A stretch of DNA of 64,000 bases from assembly GCA_041665225.1 (NCBI GenBank), contig JBAYJG010000001.1:2032-66031 (forward strand), in the 5' to 3' direction. Source of the DNA: Bacteroidota bacterium. Its GTDB lineage: Bacteria > Bacteroidota > Ignavibacteria > UBA10030 > UBA8401. Position numbers and translations under genes: made by a program. Below, in pieces: positions 40,115 through 50,252 of the stretch. Positions within the stretch are counted from its first letter, which is position 1. Every line of letters begins with the position of its first letter. The notes under the pieces were generated by a model. It saw only the letters and a list, made by a program, of their open reading frames with translations, had not been told where the DNA came from and made no database searches.

Positions 40115-40819
40115 TTAGAAGAGAAACGAAACTTGGAGGTCGGGAAATACCAACCACCGGTCTTGCACGGAAAATGCCAACCATACTTGATAATTTGGTC
40201 TTGCGTAATTCGCCCGGAATGCAAAGGACATGAATGTGGAATTCCAGAGATCCTGCTCCAGTGTCAGCGATGTTACAATACCGGCAATTTCAGGTTTCAC
40301 TCTGCCAACCGAAGCCGTGCCAAAATACGTGTGTTGTGATATTAAGATCAACATTTCAGTTTTTGCCGTGATTTTATATGCGTCAATATCGATCCCTGCG
40401 CTGATACCGGGACGATTCAGTAATCCCATCGCTTGCGTATCAAACCCATCCAGATCGGCAAATCCAAACCAGTAAGAAAATTCATCTGAAATTGAAAATG
40501 AAACATCTCCGATTGGATACGACCACATTGCTCCGGCAGAGACAACATTCGTTATATATATAGTCGAAAATTGTGCGACCAAAGAAAAATGTGAGGGAAG
40601 TCCGAAACGAATTGTGGCGTTCAGCATCGGTATTTGGCGTATTTCCTCTTCCACAATCGCGCGCGGATAGATGGAAAGAGAAGCTCCGAAGGAATAATGT
40701 ACCACTCCGTTATTATACGGTTTTGGAAAACTGATAAAGGGATCTGCAGATGACTCTTGTCCGAATGAGAGGGAATTGAGAAATAGAGTGAGCAATAATA
40801 TGGAAAACAGTTTTTGCAT
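40115..40819 (-). CDS. hypothetical outer-membrane protein
   Basis: Signal peptide. 234 aa ending in ...VSFLF. Amphipathic beta-strand pattern. Confidence 0.4.
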   Translation of the reverse strand: MQKLFSILLLTLFLNSLSFGQESSADPFISFPKPYNNGVVHYSFGASLSIYPRAIVEEEIRQIPMLNATIRFGLPSHFSLVAQFSTIYITNVVSAGAMWSYPIGDVSFSISDEFSYWFGFADLDGFDTQAMGLLNRPGISAGIDIDAYKITAKTEMLILISQHTYFGTASVGRVKPEIAGIVTSLTLEQDLWNSTFMSFAFRANYARPNYQVWLAFSVQDRWLVFPDLQVSFLF

Positions 40820-41817
40820 TACGGCTTCGTGTAACGAATCCTTATCGAATCAATAACTTCAAATTCCGAAAAATTATGTTTTAATTTATGAATTGAAAAT
40901 AGCAATGATTGGGATCCAATGTCGCACTGGAGGTAATGAAAAAATCGCATGGATGATTCCCGGCTGAATAAATCTTGATATCGCTGCGCGGAATGCGTCA
41001 ACAGCGGATGGAGCAATCCTCCTCCTCCGCCGATAACAAGAAAGTCTTTGCCGTTTATTTGAAAGTGCTCATAGGAATGTGCATGCCCAGAAATGAATGC
41101 CGCTGTTTTACGTGCGGCAAAGAACAGCGGCAGAAAATGTTTTTGCACGCCTTCGGAGGGATGAACGATGGTACTATTGGTGAATGGAGAATGATGGCAA
41201 ACAACGATAATGGCGTTAACCTTCGGGTCATAATCAAATCGCAGCAACTGCTGCCGGTACCATGTCTGCTGCTGTATACGTTCATCGTCGGTCAATTCCG
41301 AGAAATTTGAGTTCAGCGCAATGACGGCAACTGATTGGATAATTGCGGAATACCATGAAGAACGAAGGGCGGGAAATCGTTTCCGAAATTGCTCCATCGC
41401 AGCATCCCGGAAGAAGAAATAATCGTGATTGCCCATCACCGGGTATATTGGAGCCGGAACTGTTGACTGAAAATCATCAAATGGTTTCCAGTACGATTCA
41501 AACATTCCAATGGAGGTAATATCACCGAGGTGGAAAATTGCAGCCGCTGTTGATTCTCGTTCTATTGCGTCATAGATGTGTTGTGTCGCAATTTCGTTGG
41601 CGTGTTCCTGCAGTCTGAGTGTTTCAACCCAGATCGGTTGTTGAGTGTCCGAAACAAAGAGTACCGGTTGTTTGTTGTAATCTTGATCCTTACCGAATGC
41701 CGCAAGTATCGGAAACGAAAGTGCAAAAAATAAAAAGTAATGGATTCTTGTTTGACCACGCATAGCAAGATTGTACGCAAATGTGGAGGGAAAAACAAAA
41801 CAGAAGAAGTTGTTCAA
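40819..41817 (-). CDS. calcineurin-like metallophosphoesterase
   Basis: Metallophosphatase motifs GD...(x)n...GNHD...(x)n...GH.H (HLGDITS; VMGNHDYFF; SGHAHSYEHF). The N-terminus may start at an internal Met. Confidence 0.65.
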   Translation of the reverse strand: MNNFFCFVFPSTFAYNLAMRGQTRIHYFLFFALSFPILAAFGKDQDYNKQPVLFVSDTQQPIWVETLRLQEHANEIATQHIYDAIERESTAAAIFHLGDITSIGMFESYWKPFDDFQSTVPAPIYPVMGNHDYFFFRDAAMEQFRKRFPALRSSWYSAIIQSVAVIALNSNFSELTDDERIQQQTWYRQQLLRFDYDPKVNAIIVVCHHSPFTNSTIVHPSEGVQKHFLPLFFAARKTAAFISGHAHSYEHFQINGKDFLVIGGGGGLLHPLLTHSAQRYQDLFSRESSMRFFHYLQCDIGSQSLLFSIHKLKHNFSEFEVIDSIRIRYTKP

Positions 41818-41909
41818 AATTACAGAAGGTTCAATACTGCAAACATGACCGCTGCCAGATGGGGAGGCATGTTGAGATACTATCGTAAAAATGAATTTTA
41901 TTCTCTATT

Positions 41910-41995
41910 GGGTCTAAAACCCCGTCGCTTGTCCGACACGATGTGTCCCTTCGGGAAGGACTCCTTCGGTGCCGCGCGGTTGTTCATTGTTTTTC
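41910..41995 (+). repeat. intergenic repeat family, copy 4
   Basis: gggtctaaaaccccgtcgcttgtccgac...ggactccttcggtgccgcgcggttgttcattgttttt, with a 22-nt insertion carrying gtcccttcgggaaggac. Located between the divergent metallophosphoesterase and CheBR genes. Confidence 0.5.
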
Positions 41996-42314
41996 CAAAT
42001 GAAATCCCGTTCCGAAGAGATGGAAGAGGTGTCACAATCGACATTCCGAACATGTACCGGAAACTTGCTTGGCGAATATTTATAAAATATGAAGATGCTG
42101 AATTGCCGCTTTGCATTTCCGCTTTTTTGAATCCCGCCAAGACGGAATCACAAACTGCGGGACATCCCGTACAGCTGGATTTTTCATCAGATGTCTCGGT
42201 TATTAAAAATGGTGGTTTATCGAAGATTAAATGGTTAGTTTGAAAATAGGCCAAATAGATTTTTCTGCTTTTTCTAAGTTGTTGTCTGTTCCGTAAAAAG
42301 GTGTTGGGAAAGTT

Positions 42315-45266
42315 ATGAAAAAGAAAACAACTCCCAAACGATATCCTGCCAAAAAAAAGAAACTCATTACTGCAATTCCTTCCTTACAGAATTCCTTTTA
42401 TGTTATTGGCATTGGTGCATCTGCGGGTGGATTGGATGCACTCGAACGGTTTTTCGAACATATGCCAGCCGACGCCGGCATGGCATTTATCGTCGTGTCG
42501 CATTTGGATCCTAATCATGTCAGCATCATGCCTGAACTGATCCAAAAATCTACTTTGATGAAAGTATTCCAAGCAGAAGATGGAATGGAAGTTGCAGCAA
42601 ATCATGTCTATGTCGCTCCTGCAAATAGAGACATAGCAATACTTCATGGAACGATCCAGTTGATTGAACCGCTGGAATCGCATGGCTTTCGTCTTCCAAT
42701 CGATTATTTCTTCAAGTCGCTTGCTGCGGATCTTGGAGAGAAAGCAATTTGCATCATTCTTTCCGGTATGGCGTCAGATGGTACTGCTGGTGTAAAAGCG
42801 GTGAAGAGTGAATTGGGAATGGTCATGGTTCAAGATCCTGCGTCGGCGAAATTTGACAGTATGCCGAGCAACGCCATTAAAACTGAATTGGTCGACTATA
42901 TTCTTCCTCCGGAAGAGATGCCGGAACAGTTATTGAAATATGCAAATCAAAAAGTAAGAGGCGTTCTCTTAGACAGAGCAATTTCCGAAGGAAAGATCCC
43001 CGATACGTTCCAGAAGGTATTTATCCTGCTCAGAAACCGTACCGGACATGATTTCTCACAGTACAAACTGAATACCATCTACCGGCGCGTAGAACGAAGA
43101 ATCTCCATTTCACAATTGGATAATCTCCCAAATTATATCCGGTTGTTGCAGGAAAACCCGGGGGAAATTGAGACATTATTCAAGGAACTGCTGATCGGCG
43201 TGACTAGTTTTTTCAGGGATCCCGAATCGTTCGTGAAATTAAAAAAGATCCTCATGGAGATGGTAAAGAGCAAACCGGACAACGGTCAGATACGAATTTG
43301 GGTTCCCGGATGCTCCACTGGCGAAGAAGCGTACTCCATTGCTATTACGCTTCGGGAATGTCTGAATGAAGTCAAGAAAAATCTTTACGTTCAAATATTC
43401 GCGACCGATATCGATGCTGCGGCAATTGATAAAGCCCGCATTGGTTCATTTTCCGGAATTGAAGCTGATGTGAGTAAAGAACGGATGATTCGGTTCTTTA
43501 CGTCGGATGACAATGGTTTTCGTATTCGGAAAGAGATCCGAGAGATGCTGGTCTTTGCCCAACAAAGCGTTATTAAAGATCCTCCGTTCACCAAACTCGA
43601 TCTGATCACCTGCCGCAATCTGTTGATCTATTTCAATACAGAATTACAGAAAAAAACGATCCCCATATTCCATTACAGCCTTGCACCAAACGGCATACTG
43701 TTTCTCGGTTCGTCGGAAACGATCAATGCATTCGTTGACCTATTCTCGGTTGTTGACACGAAATGGAAAATCTATAAACGAAGAGACTCAGCGTATTCGG
43801 CACAGCCGTTCTTAGAGTTTCCTTCCACGCGTGCAACAGGAAAGATCAAAGAGATTTCAGTGAAAAAAAATGATACAAAGAACATTGCTCAGATTTCCGA
43901 AAGGATCATTCTGGAAAACACCTCTCCCAATTGTGTAATCACAAACGATCACGGAGATATTTTATATATCCACGGGAAAGCCGGTAAATATTTTGAGCTG
44001 GCCCACGGCGAAGCGAAGATCAATATTTTTGATATAGCGCGCGGAGGTTTAAAGCAGGAACTTCCGGTTCTGGTCAGAAAGGCAATTTCAACCAAAAAAC
44101 CGGTCACAGTCGAAGGGATAAAAATAAAACTGAGCGGGACTTCAGAGCTCATTACTCTTACCGTGAAACCGATCACCGAACCGGCGGAAATGTCCGGCTC
44201 GCTGCTGATCATTTTTGAGGAGATACTTCCGCAGAAGAAAGCAGTAATGCCGAAATCAACGCATTACGAGAAGAAATCGGAGAAAATAATCAAAGAACTT
44301 GAGCACGAATTAAAATCAACGAAAGAGAATCTGCGGTCAGCCGTTGAAGAGCTCGAAACGTCCAATGAAGAACTGAAATCCTCCAACGAAGAGATGCAGT
44401 CGACCAACGAAGAGATGCAAAGCTCAAATGAAGAACTGGAAACCTCGAAGGAAGAATTGCAATCGCTTAATGAAGAATTGATCACGGTCAACACCGAGTT
44501 GCAGAACAAGAATGATGAGTTGTCGGTGGTGAACAGCGACATGAAAAACCTTCTGGACAGCAATGAAATTCCGACCATTTTCCTCGATAATAATCTCTGT
44601 ATCAAACGATTTACACAGCATGCAGTGAAAGTAGTCAATCTTATTAGTTCCGACGTCGGAAGACCGATAGACCATCTGGCCGCAAAATTTAAATATGATA
44701 AGTTAGTGGAAGATGCGAGAGAGGTGCTGCGGACACTTGTGTTCAAACAAATGGAATTACAAACCAACGACGCACTCTGGTATCAAATGCGGATCATGCC
44801 CTATCGAACGACCAGCAATGTTATTGACGGTGTTGTTATTACATTTTCTGATATCCAAAAATTGAAAGAAACTGCAGAGGCGATTGCTGTCCTGAGCAAA
44901 GAGATTCAGCTAGCGCGTGAGTATGCAGAAAGTATTATTGATACGGTCAGGGAATCACTGATCATCCTTGATAAAGATCTAAAAGTCATTTCTGCAAATC
45001 GATCATTCTACAAGATGTTCAATTCGGTCAGCGAACGTACGGTAGGCAAATATATCTATGATCTTGACGATAAAAAATGGGATCTGCCTCAGCTGCGTGT
45101 ACTTCTTGAAGAAATCATTCCTGATAAAAATAGTTTTGATGACTATGAAATTGAATATAGTTTTACCAATGGAGAGAAGAGGAAATTGCGATTAAATTGT
45201 CGGCAGATGGTTCATGGAACAAAAGAGACAAAACTCATTCTGCTTGCGATTGAATACCAACATTAA
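42315..45266 (+). CDS. CheB methylesterase / CheR methyltransferase fusion protein with PAS domains and heptad-repeat coiled coil
   Basis: N-terminal CheB-type methylesterase region (…IGIGASAGGLDAL…). CheR SAM-methyltransferase region (RIWVPGCSTGEEAYSIA). PAS segments. Five tandem SNEE(L/M)xS heptads at about 44346-44480. Confidence 0.8.
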   Translation: MKKKTTPKRYPAKKKKLITAIPSLQNSFYVIGIGASAGGLDALERFFEHMPADAGMAFIVVSHLDPNHVSIMPELIQKSTLMKVFQAEDGMEVAANHVYVAPANRDIAILHGTIQLIEPLESHGFRLPIDYFFKSLAADLGEKAICIILSGMASDGTAGVKAVKSELGMVMVQDPASAKFDSMPSNAIKTELVDYILPPEEMPEQLLKYANQKVRGVLLDRAISEGKIPDTFQKVFILLRNRTGHDFSQYKLNTIYRRVERRISISQLDNLPNYIRLLQENPGEIETLFKELLIGVTSFFRDPESFVKLKKILMEMVKSKPDNGQIRIWVPGCSTGEEAYSIAITLRECLNEVKKNLYVQIFATDIDAAAIDKARIGSFSGIEADVSKERMIRFFTSDDNGFRIRKEIREMLVFAQQSVIKDPPFTKLDLITCRNLLIYFNTELQKKTIPIFHYSLAPNGILFLGSSETINAFVDLFSVVDTKWKIYKRRDSAYSAQPFLEFPSTRATGKIKEISVKKNDTKNIAQISERIILENTSPNCVITNDHGDILYIHGKAGKYFELAHGEAKINIFDIARGGLKQELPVLVRKAISTKKPVTVEGIKIKLSGTSELITLTVKPITEPAEMSGSLLIIFEEILPQKKAVMPKSTHYEKKSEKIIKELEHELKSTKENLRSAVEELETSNEELKSSNEEMQSTNEEMQSSNEELETSKEELQSLNEELITVNTELQNKNDELSVVNSDMKNLLDSNEIPTIFLDNNLCIKRFTQHAVKVVNLISSDVGRPIDHLAAKFKYDKLVEDAREVLRTLVFKQMELQTNDALWYQMRIMPYRTTSNVIDGVVITFSDIQKLKETAEAIAVLSKEIQLAREYAESIIDTVRESLIILDKDLKVISANRSFYKMFNSVSERTVGKYIYDLDDKKWDLPQLRVLLEEIIPDKNSFDDYEIEYSFTNGEKRKLRLNCRQMVHGTKETKLILLAIEYQH

Positions 45267-45285
45267 CAAAACAGGGGACACGATA

Positions 45286-45906
45286 ATGAAACCGGTAAAA
45301 AAACAATCCCAAAAAAAACCTGGAAAGAATGGAAAGAAACGCTATCGTACAAAAATCTTGAAGAAAGCCGGTTCAGGAAGCGGAGATCTGAAAAAGTTAA
45401 TTGAACTGCTCCAGATCAATCAAATTGAACTGGAACATCAGAATGAAGAGTTGCGAATAACGGAAGAAGAATTGGAGGCATCGAGGAATAAATATGTCAA
45501 TCTGTTCGATTTCTCGCCGCTGCCGTATTTTGCTCTCGATCCTGAAGGGAACATTACAAAGGTGAATGTGAACGGTGCAAGGATGTTCGGGGTTGAACGA
45601 AGTAAATTGATGGGAAAATCATTCCTTTCATATATCGTGCACGAAGAAAAGAACATATTTACTTCGTTTATGAAATCAGTCTTTTCGGCGTCCGAAAAAC
45701 AATCCTGCAAATTAAAAGTGGTAAACAAAGATAAGAAAGTGTTTCATGTTTTGATGGAAGGTGTTGCACTGGAGGGAACACCGGGAGGTGAACAACGTTG
45801 CCAGATTGCTTTAATTGATTTGACGGAATTCAAAAAACTGGAAGAAGCATACGAACAAGTCTCCCTGGAACTTAAAATACTCAAAGCGGAAAAAAAGAAA
45901 TCCTGA
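45286..45906 (+). CDS. coiled-coil plus PAS domain protein with no obvious output domain
   Basis: Internal ATG at 45286 chosen over the overlapping upstream start. Lys-rich N-terminus. NEELRITEEELEASRNKY coiled coil, then a PAS-like fold (LFDFSPLPYFALDPEGNI...). Confidence 0.55.
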   Translation: MKPVKKQSQKKPGKNGKKRYRTKILKKAGSGSGDLKKLIELLQINQIELEHQNEELRITEEELEASRNKYVNLFDFSPLPYFALDPEGNITKVNVNGARMFGVERSKLMGKSFLSYIVHEEKNIFTSFMKSVFSASEKQSCKLKVVNKDKKVFHVLMEGVALEGTPGGEQRCQIALIDLTEFKKLEEAYEQVSLELKILKAEKKKS

Positions 45907-46025
45907 GTATTCCGTTCTCTTAAAATGATTGATAAGTCTGGGATTCTGAAAGACATCGTCGGGACTTCGCAACCCAGGAGATAATTCAAGATTCAGCTGG
46001 ACGGAAATTCAATCCAATGCCGTTT

Positions 46026-46064
46026 AAAACAGAAACAGCGTCCCAGGGACGTTGTTTCTGTTTT
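46026..46064 (+). terminator. strong bidirectional-type hairpin (A-run / 19-bp stem / T-run) downstream of the PAS gene
   Basis: AAAACAGAAACAGCGTCCC a GGGACGTTGTTTCTGTTTT. The 19-bp stem has a single G-U pair. Confidence 0.45.
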
Positions 46065-46287
46065 AATGCACCTGGAACGGGTAGAAAGTCAGCTGCTCAG
46101 TTTCTGGTTCTCAACGAGATGAAGTATTGATTCAAAGCGTAATTCTAAATTAGTCAAGAGCTTAAGTGGAAGATGTGTCTTATTACGATCTCGTTTTTTT
46201 TGCCGAATTTACGGTCTGAGATTTCTCGCTTGCCCCGTTGGGGCTTCGCTCAAAATGACATTAGAACAATAATATTTCAGAGGTCTC

Positions 46288-46311
46288 TGTATATATATTA
46301 TAGTGTATACA
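46288..46311. promoter_or_regulatory. palindromic operator/promoter of vapBC-1
   Basis: TGTATATA-N8-TGTATACA inverted repeat, 11 bp upstream of the vapB-1 start. Conserved with the site at 53340-53363. Confidence 0.4.
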
Positions 46312-46322
46312 AAAGGAGCAAT

Positions 46323-46550
46323 TTGCAAACAGTCAACATCATTAAAAACGGCGGCAGTCAGGCAATACGTCTTCCTCGTATATATCGTCTGTAGGGGAAG
46401 GAAGCATATTTCAAGAAAGTCCCGGAAGGGCTCCTGTTAATGGAAAAGGCAGATATATGGACAGCATTCGAAAAATGCTTAGAAGATTTTCCTGCTGACT
46501 TCTTACAGACGAAACGAGAACCAAGGAGTCAGAAAAGACAGAGATTTGAA
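46323..46550 (+). pseudogene. vapB: vapB-like AbrB/SpoVT-family antitoxin, copy 1, with TTG start and in-frame TAG at codon 24
   Basis: It aligns codon-for-codon with the intact paralog at 53375-53605. The paralog has ATG where this copy has TTG (46323), and AAG where this copy has TAG (46392-46394). The frame continues intact to the TGA that overlaps the vapC ATG. Confidence 0.55.
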
Positions 46551-46948
46551 TGAAATACTTGTTGGATACTAACATCTGTTCTTATATTGTTCGAAAGCGC
46601 CCTAAAAGCGCGATCGATAAATTTAAGAGTATTCCATTGGGTGATATTGGGATCTCGGTTATTACAGTGTGTGATCTCGAATCTGGTATACCAGGAAGCT
46701 CGCATCCGGATAGATTGCGATCGGCAATTGATACGTTTCTTTCACCATTTAGTATCGTGGAATATCAACAATCTGATGCCATTGCCTTTGGTAAAGTAGA
46801 CTTTTATCTCCAGTCCAAAGGGATTCCTATAGGAGATTTGGATACGCTTATTGCTTCGCAAGCAATGTCGCGAGAGTTAATTCTCATCACGAATAATGTT
46901 AAGCATTATTCCCGTGTACACGCTCTTAAATATGAAACTTGGAAATGA
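46550..46948 (+). CDS. vapC: PIN-domain ribonuclease toxin VapC, copy 1
   Basis: MKYLLDTNICSY... PIN-domain acidic residues (D6, E.., D..). 132 aa. ATGA overlap with the upstream antitoxin frame. Confidence 0.8.
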   Translation: MKYLLDTNICSYIVRKRPKSAIDKFKSIPLGDIGISVITVCDLESGIPGSSHPDRLRSAIDTFLSPFSIVEYQQSDAIAFGKVDFYLQSKGIPIGDLDTLIASQAMSRELILITNNVKHYSRVHALKYETWK

Positions 46949-46988
46949 TGACCCCAGATTTGCAGCGTTATATTAATGCAGTAAACCG

Positions 46989-48110
46989 ATGAATTTTCCC
47001 CCTTTAATTTCCAAAATAATTGAAATAATTATCAGCGCTGGAGCCGCACAGGGTTTTTTCCTTGGCATGCTACTCACAACAAAAAGGAATAAGGAAAAAA
47101 CTTCAAACAAATATTTGGCTGCATTGCTGATCGTTCTTTCTGTAAGCATTCTGCACTCGCTTCTTACCACAGAGGTTTTTGACAGTCCCTACAAAATACG
47201 ACAACCGTTCATTCTTCTTATCGGTCCGCTTCTTTCCTTCTACATTTATAAACTTACCAGCATCAGGAAGATTGTCCGGAAAGATGTTCTTCATTTCTTC
47301 CCCTTTGTCATGCTGATCTTCTTTTTATTGCCGGTATGGACTCACAGCACCTCTCCGTACGCAGACTTCTTGACTGTGAACGGATTGGCCATTAGCAAAA
47401 TTGTCTGGGCGCTGATTGTTTTTCAATTTGGCTTTTACTGGTGGCGAATCCTGTCCGTTCTGCAAAGACATAGAATCGCAGTGGAATCTGAATTTTCAAA
47501 CCTGGAGGGAAAAACACTTTCCTGGATGAAGGATTTTCTCCATCTCTTCGGCATATTCCTTTTTCTGCTTGTTCTGACTGTTATTATCGCATTCCACACC
47601 GATTACTACAATGATATTGATACTATTGTTTGCTTTGGACTTTCCTGTACAATTTTTGCACTCGGACACAACGGATTATTTCAAGAAGAAGTCCTTTCGA
47701 TCAATGCTGCCCAAGACGAAAAAATACGCAACCCCCAGCCGGGGAAGTCAAAGATTCAAACATCGGCGAACAACGGCGAGTCTCTTAAAAAACTTACCAC
47801 ATATCTTGAAGAAATAAAACCATACCTTAATGAAACCCTTACTCTTACCGATCTTTCCGGACAAGTCGGTATGACCCGTAATCAGCTCTCATCGCTGATT
47901 AATAGTGCAACCGGAGAAAACTTTTATACATTTATCAATAGATACAGAGTAGAAGAAGTAAAAAGACTAATTACTGATCCCAGGAACAAAAACTTCACGA
48001 TTTTAAGCCTGGCACACCAAGCAGGATTCTCCTCTAAATCGGCATTCCAATCGGTTTTTAAGAAATTTACCGGCCTGACACCCACCGAATACCGTAAAAA
48101 TCTCAGCTAA
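46989..48110 (+). CDS. membrane-anchored AraC-family transcriptional regulator
   Basis: About 230-aa N-terminal region with 6-7 predicted TM helices, followed by a C-terminal AraC/XylS double HTH (…FTILSLAHQAGFSSKSAFQSVFKKFTGLTPTEYR). Confidence 0.7.
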   Translation: MNFPPLISKIIEIIISAGAAQGFFLGMLLTTKRNKEKTSNKYLAALLIVLSVSILHSLLTTEVFDSPYKIRQPFILLIGPLLSFYIYKLTSIRKIVRKDVLHFFPFVMLIFFLLPVWTHSTSPYADFLTVNGLAISKIVWALIVFQFGFYWWRILSVLQRHRIAVESEFSNLEGKTLSWMKDFLHLFGIFLFLLVLTVIIAFHTDYYNDIDTIVCFGLSCTIFALGHNGLFQEEVLSINAAQDEKIRNPQPGKSKIQTSANNGESLKKLTTYLEEIKPYLNETLTLTDLSGQVGMTRNQLSSLINSATGENFYTFINRYRVEEVKRLITDPRNKNFTILSLAHQAGFSSKSAFQSVFKKFTGLTPTEYRKNLS

Positions 48111-48260
48111 TTTCACTGGTTTCACACATCTCTGAAAGTTGTTGTCCTAAAGGATACATCGGGACGTTTTCCGCTTTCGACTGCCGTATCTTTGTATCAA
48201 AATTTTAATAATCGGAAAGATGTCCGGTCTTTCTTCCCAGATCATTATCAATACAACTAT

Positions 48261-49310
48261 ATGAAAAAAATACTTTCCGCTTCTCTCGCTATCGTGTTTG
48301 TTACAACAGTAACTTACTTTTTCATCGCTTCTAGCAACAGCGACCAAGGAGAGATTTCAGAGCTGGCCGCCGTTACGGTGCAGCGAAGGGATCTCAGTCA
48401 ATCCATTATCGCAACTGGGATCATTAAACCGAAAGTCGGCGCTGAAGTGAAAGTAGGTGCACAGGTGTCGGGTGTTGTCAAAAGTCTTTTTGTCAAAACC
48501 GGTTCGAACGTAAAGAAAAATGACCCGCTCGCTCTTATCGACCCGAGAACCTATCAATCCCAAAAAGATAAAATGTCAGCACTGAAGGAAGTAGCCGCAA
48601 CAGAAAAAAAGTATGCCGAGATGGAGTATCATCGACAGAAGATATTGTATGAACAACATGTGATTTCTCTCCAGCAATTCGAGGCATCGTCACAGCGTTG
48701 TGAACTTGCCGCCGCCAGATTGCAACAGGCAGAAGCGGAGTACGAGTATGCCAGTCTCCAGCTCGGGTATACAAACATAGTATCTCCCATCAACGGCGTT
48801 GTTGCCTCAATATCGACTCAGGAAGGGGAGACTGTGGCAGCCGGATTCCTGTCGCCGACATTCGTCACCATTATCGATTTGGATCAACTTGAACTGTGGA
48901 TGTATATCGACGAAACGGATATTGGCAGAATCATTAAGGGTCAAAATGTCTTCTACACTGTGGATACATATCCTGGCGAGCAGTTTGAAGGGGTCGTCGA
49001 GACGATCTATCCCAAAGCGGAAATCCAAAATAATGTTGTGAACTACATTACTGTCGTGAAAATTAACCATCCCAAAGGAAAAGCTCTTCGTCCTGAAATG
49101 ACCGCGACAGTCCAAACGTTTACTCACATGAAAAAGAACGTGCTGACTGTTCCGAAGAGTGCCGTTCATTCAGAAGGTGAAAAGGTGTTCGTTACAGTTC
49201 TGAACGGCGACAGAACAGAAAAGCGCTACATATCCGCCGGGATCAGCGATAAGAAATATTATGAAGTAGTTTCTGGACTTATTGAAAAAGAAAAAGTGAT
49301 AGTGAAATAA
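48261..49310 (+). CDS. HlyD/MacA-family efflux periplasmic adaptor subunit
   Basis: Signal-anchor. Biotinyl-lipoyl-like motifs (G.I.P....V......G.V....V..G..V..GD.L). Coiled-coil hairpin. C-terminal beta-barrel. ATG at 48261 (MKKILSAS) preferred over the ATG at 48192. Confidence 0.75.
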   Translation: MKKILSASLAIVFVTTVTYFFIASSNSDQGEISELAAVTVQRRDLSQSIIATGIIKPKVGAEVKVGAQVSGVVKSLFVKTGSNVKKNDPLALIDPRTYQSQKDKMSALKEVAATEKKYAEMEYHRQKILYEQHVISLQQFEASSQRCELAAARLQQAEAEYEYASLQLGYTNIVSPINGVVASISTQEGETVAAGFLSPTFVTIIDLDQLELWMYIDETDIGRIIKGQNVFYTVDTYPGEQFEGVVETIYPKAEIQNNVVNYITVVKINHPKGKALRPEMTATVQTFTHMKKNVLTVPKSAVHSEGEKVFVTVLNGDRTEKRYISAGISDKKYYEVVSGLIEKEKVIVK

Positions 49311-49331
49311 CCATCAACAAAAGGAGGCACC

Positions 49332-50009
49332 ATGATATCGGTTGCACAATTGAACAAAACGTACACAAAAGAAAACGCAAAACCGGTTTATGCCGTGAAC
49401 AATGCAACTCTGCATATCCAGCCAGGTGTATTCGCAGCCATCGTCGGTCCCTCCGGGTCCGGTAAATCGAGCCTTATGAATATTCTCGGTTTGCTCGATC
49501 TTCCTGATTCCGGCAGTTACAAGTTCGAGGGGAAAGAAGTCGCAACGATGAGCATTGATGAGCTTGCCGAAATACGAAACAAGAAAATCGGATTCGTGTT
49601 TCAGCAGTTCCATTTGTTGCCGAAAATCACCGCAAAGGAAAATGTGGAACTGCCGCTGATCTATTCCAGCAGGACGAACATTGGCGGCCTGGCGGAGCAA
49701 GCGTTAAAGCAGGTCGGTCTCGGAGACAGAATGCATCATACGTCGTCGGAATTATCCGGCGGTCAGCAGCAGCGTGTTGCCATCGCCCGGGCTCTGGTCA
49801 ACGATCCCGATATTATTTTAGCGGACGAACCGACCGGCAATCTCGACTCGGAATCCGGCGCGGAGATCATGAATATCTTCAAGCAACTCCACTCTCAAGG
49901 GAAGACAATCGTTCTTATTACACACGATCTGAATAACGCTTCCTCTGCAGAGAAAATATTCAAGATCGTTGACGGGAAAATATCTGAAGAACAGAAATAC
50001 GTACAATAG
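49332..50009 (+). CDS. ABC transporter ATP-binding protein (MacB-type ATPase)
   Basis: RBS aaaggagg. Walker [10 protein letters not shown], signature [15 protein letters not shown], Walker [12 protein letters not shown]. Confidence 0.85.
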   Translation: MISVAQLNKTYTKENAKPVYAVNNATLHIQPGVFAAIVGPSGSGKSSLMNILGLLDLPDSGSYKFEGKEVATMSIDELAEIRNKKIGFVFQQFHLLPKITAKENVELPLIYSSRTNIGGLAEQALKQVGLGDRMHHTSSELSGGQQQRVAIARALVNDPDIILADEPTGNLDSESGAEIMNIFKQLHSQGKTIVLITHDLNNASSAEKIFKIVDGKISEEQKYVQ

Positions 50010-50252
50010 CACATCACACAAAGAAATAAAATGGCTTATGAACTTTAAGAAGTGGTTTCAATAATATCACCAATTTGTCATTTCGAATCCCGACGCACTT
50101 TGTCGGGATGAGAAATCTATCACTACGGCCAGATTTCTCACATCGCTGAGTATTAAAAATACGAGGCTTGTTCGAAATGACAGCAAATGTGATTTAAGAA
50201 ATGACTTCTTGTGATTGTTATGATTTCATATCAACGACATAAGGAGAAACAC

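Noticed and set aside
41740-42254. Mutually overlapping ORFs 41740..42243(+) and 41898..42254(-) in the gap upstream of the CheBR gene
   Set aside because: There are no domain features, and they overlap each other. The region is instead occupied by intergenic repeat copy 4 and promoter space.
46173-46394. The 73-aa ORF 46173..46394 as a genuine small protein
   Set aside because: Its 5' half covers the vapBC-1 operator/promoter and has no counterpart in the paralogous copy. Only the part from the TTG at 46323 aligns with VapB-2. It is better read as a disrupted vapB.
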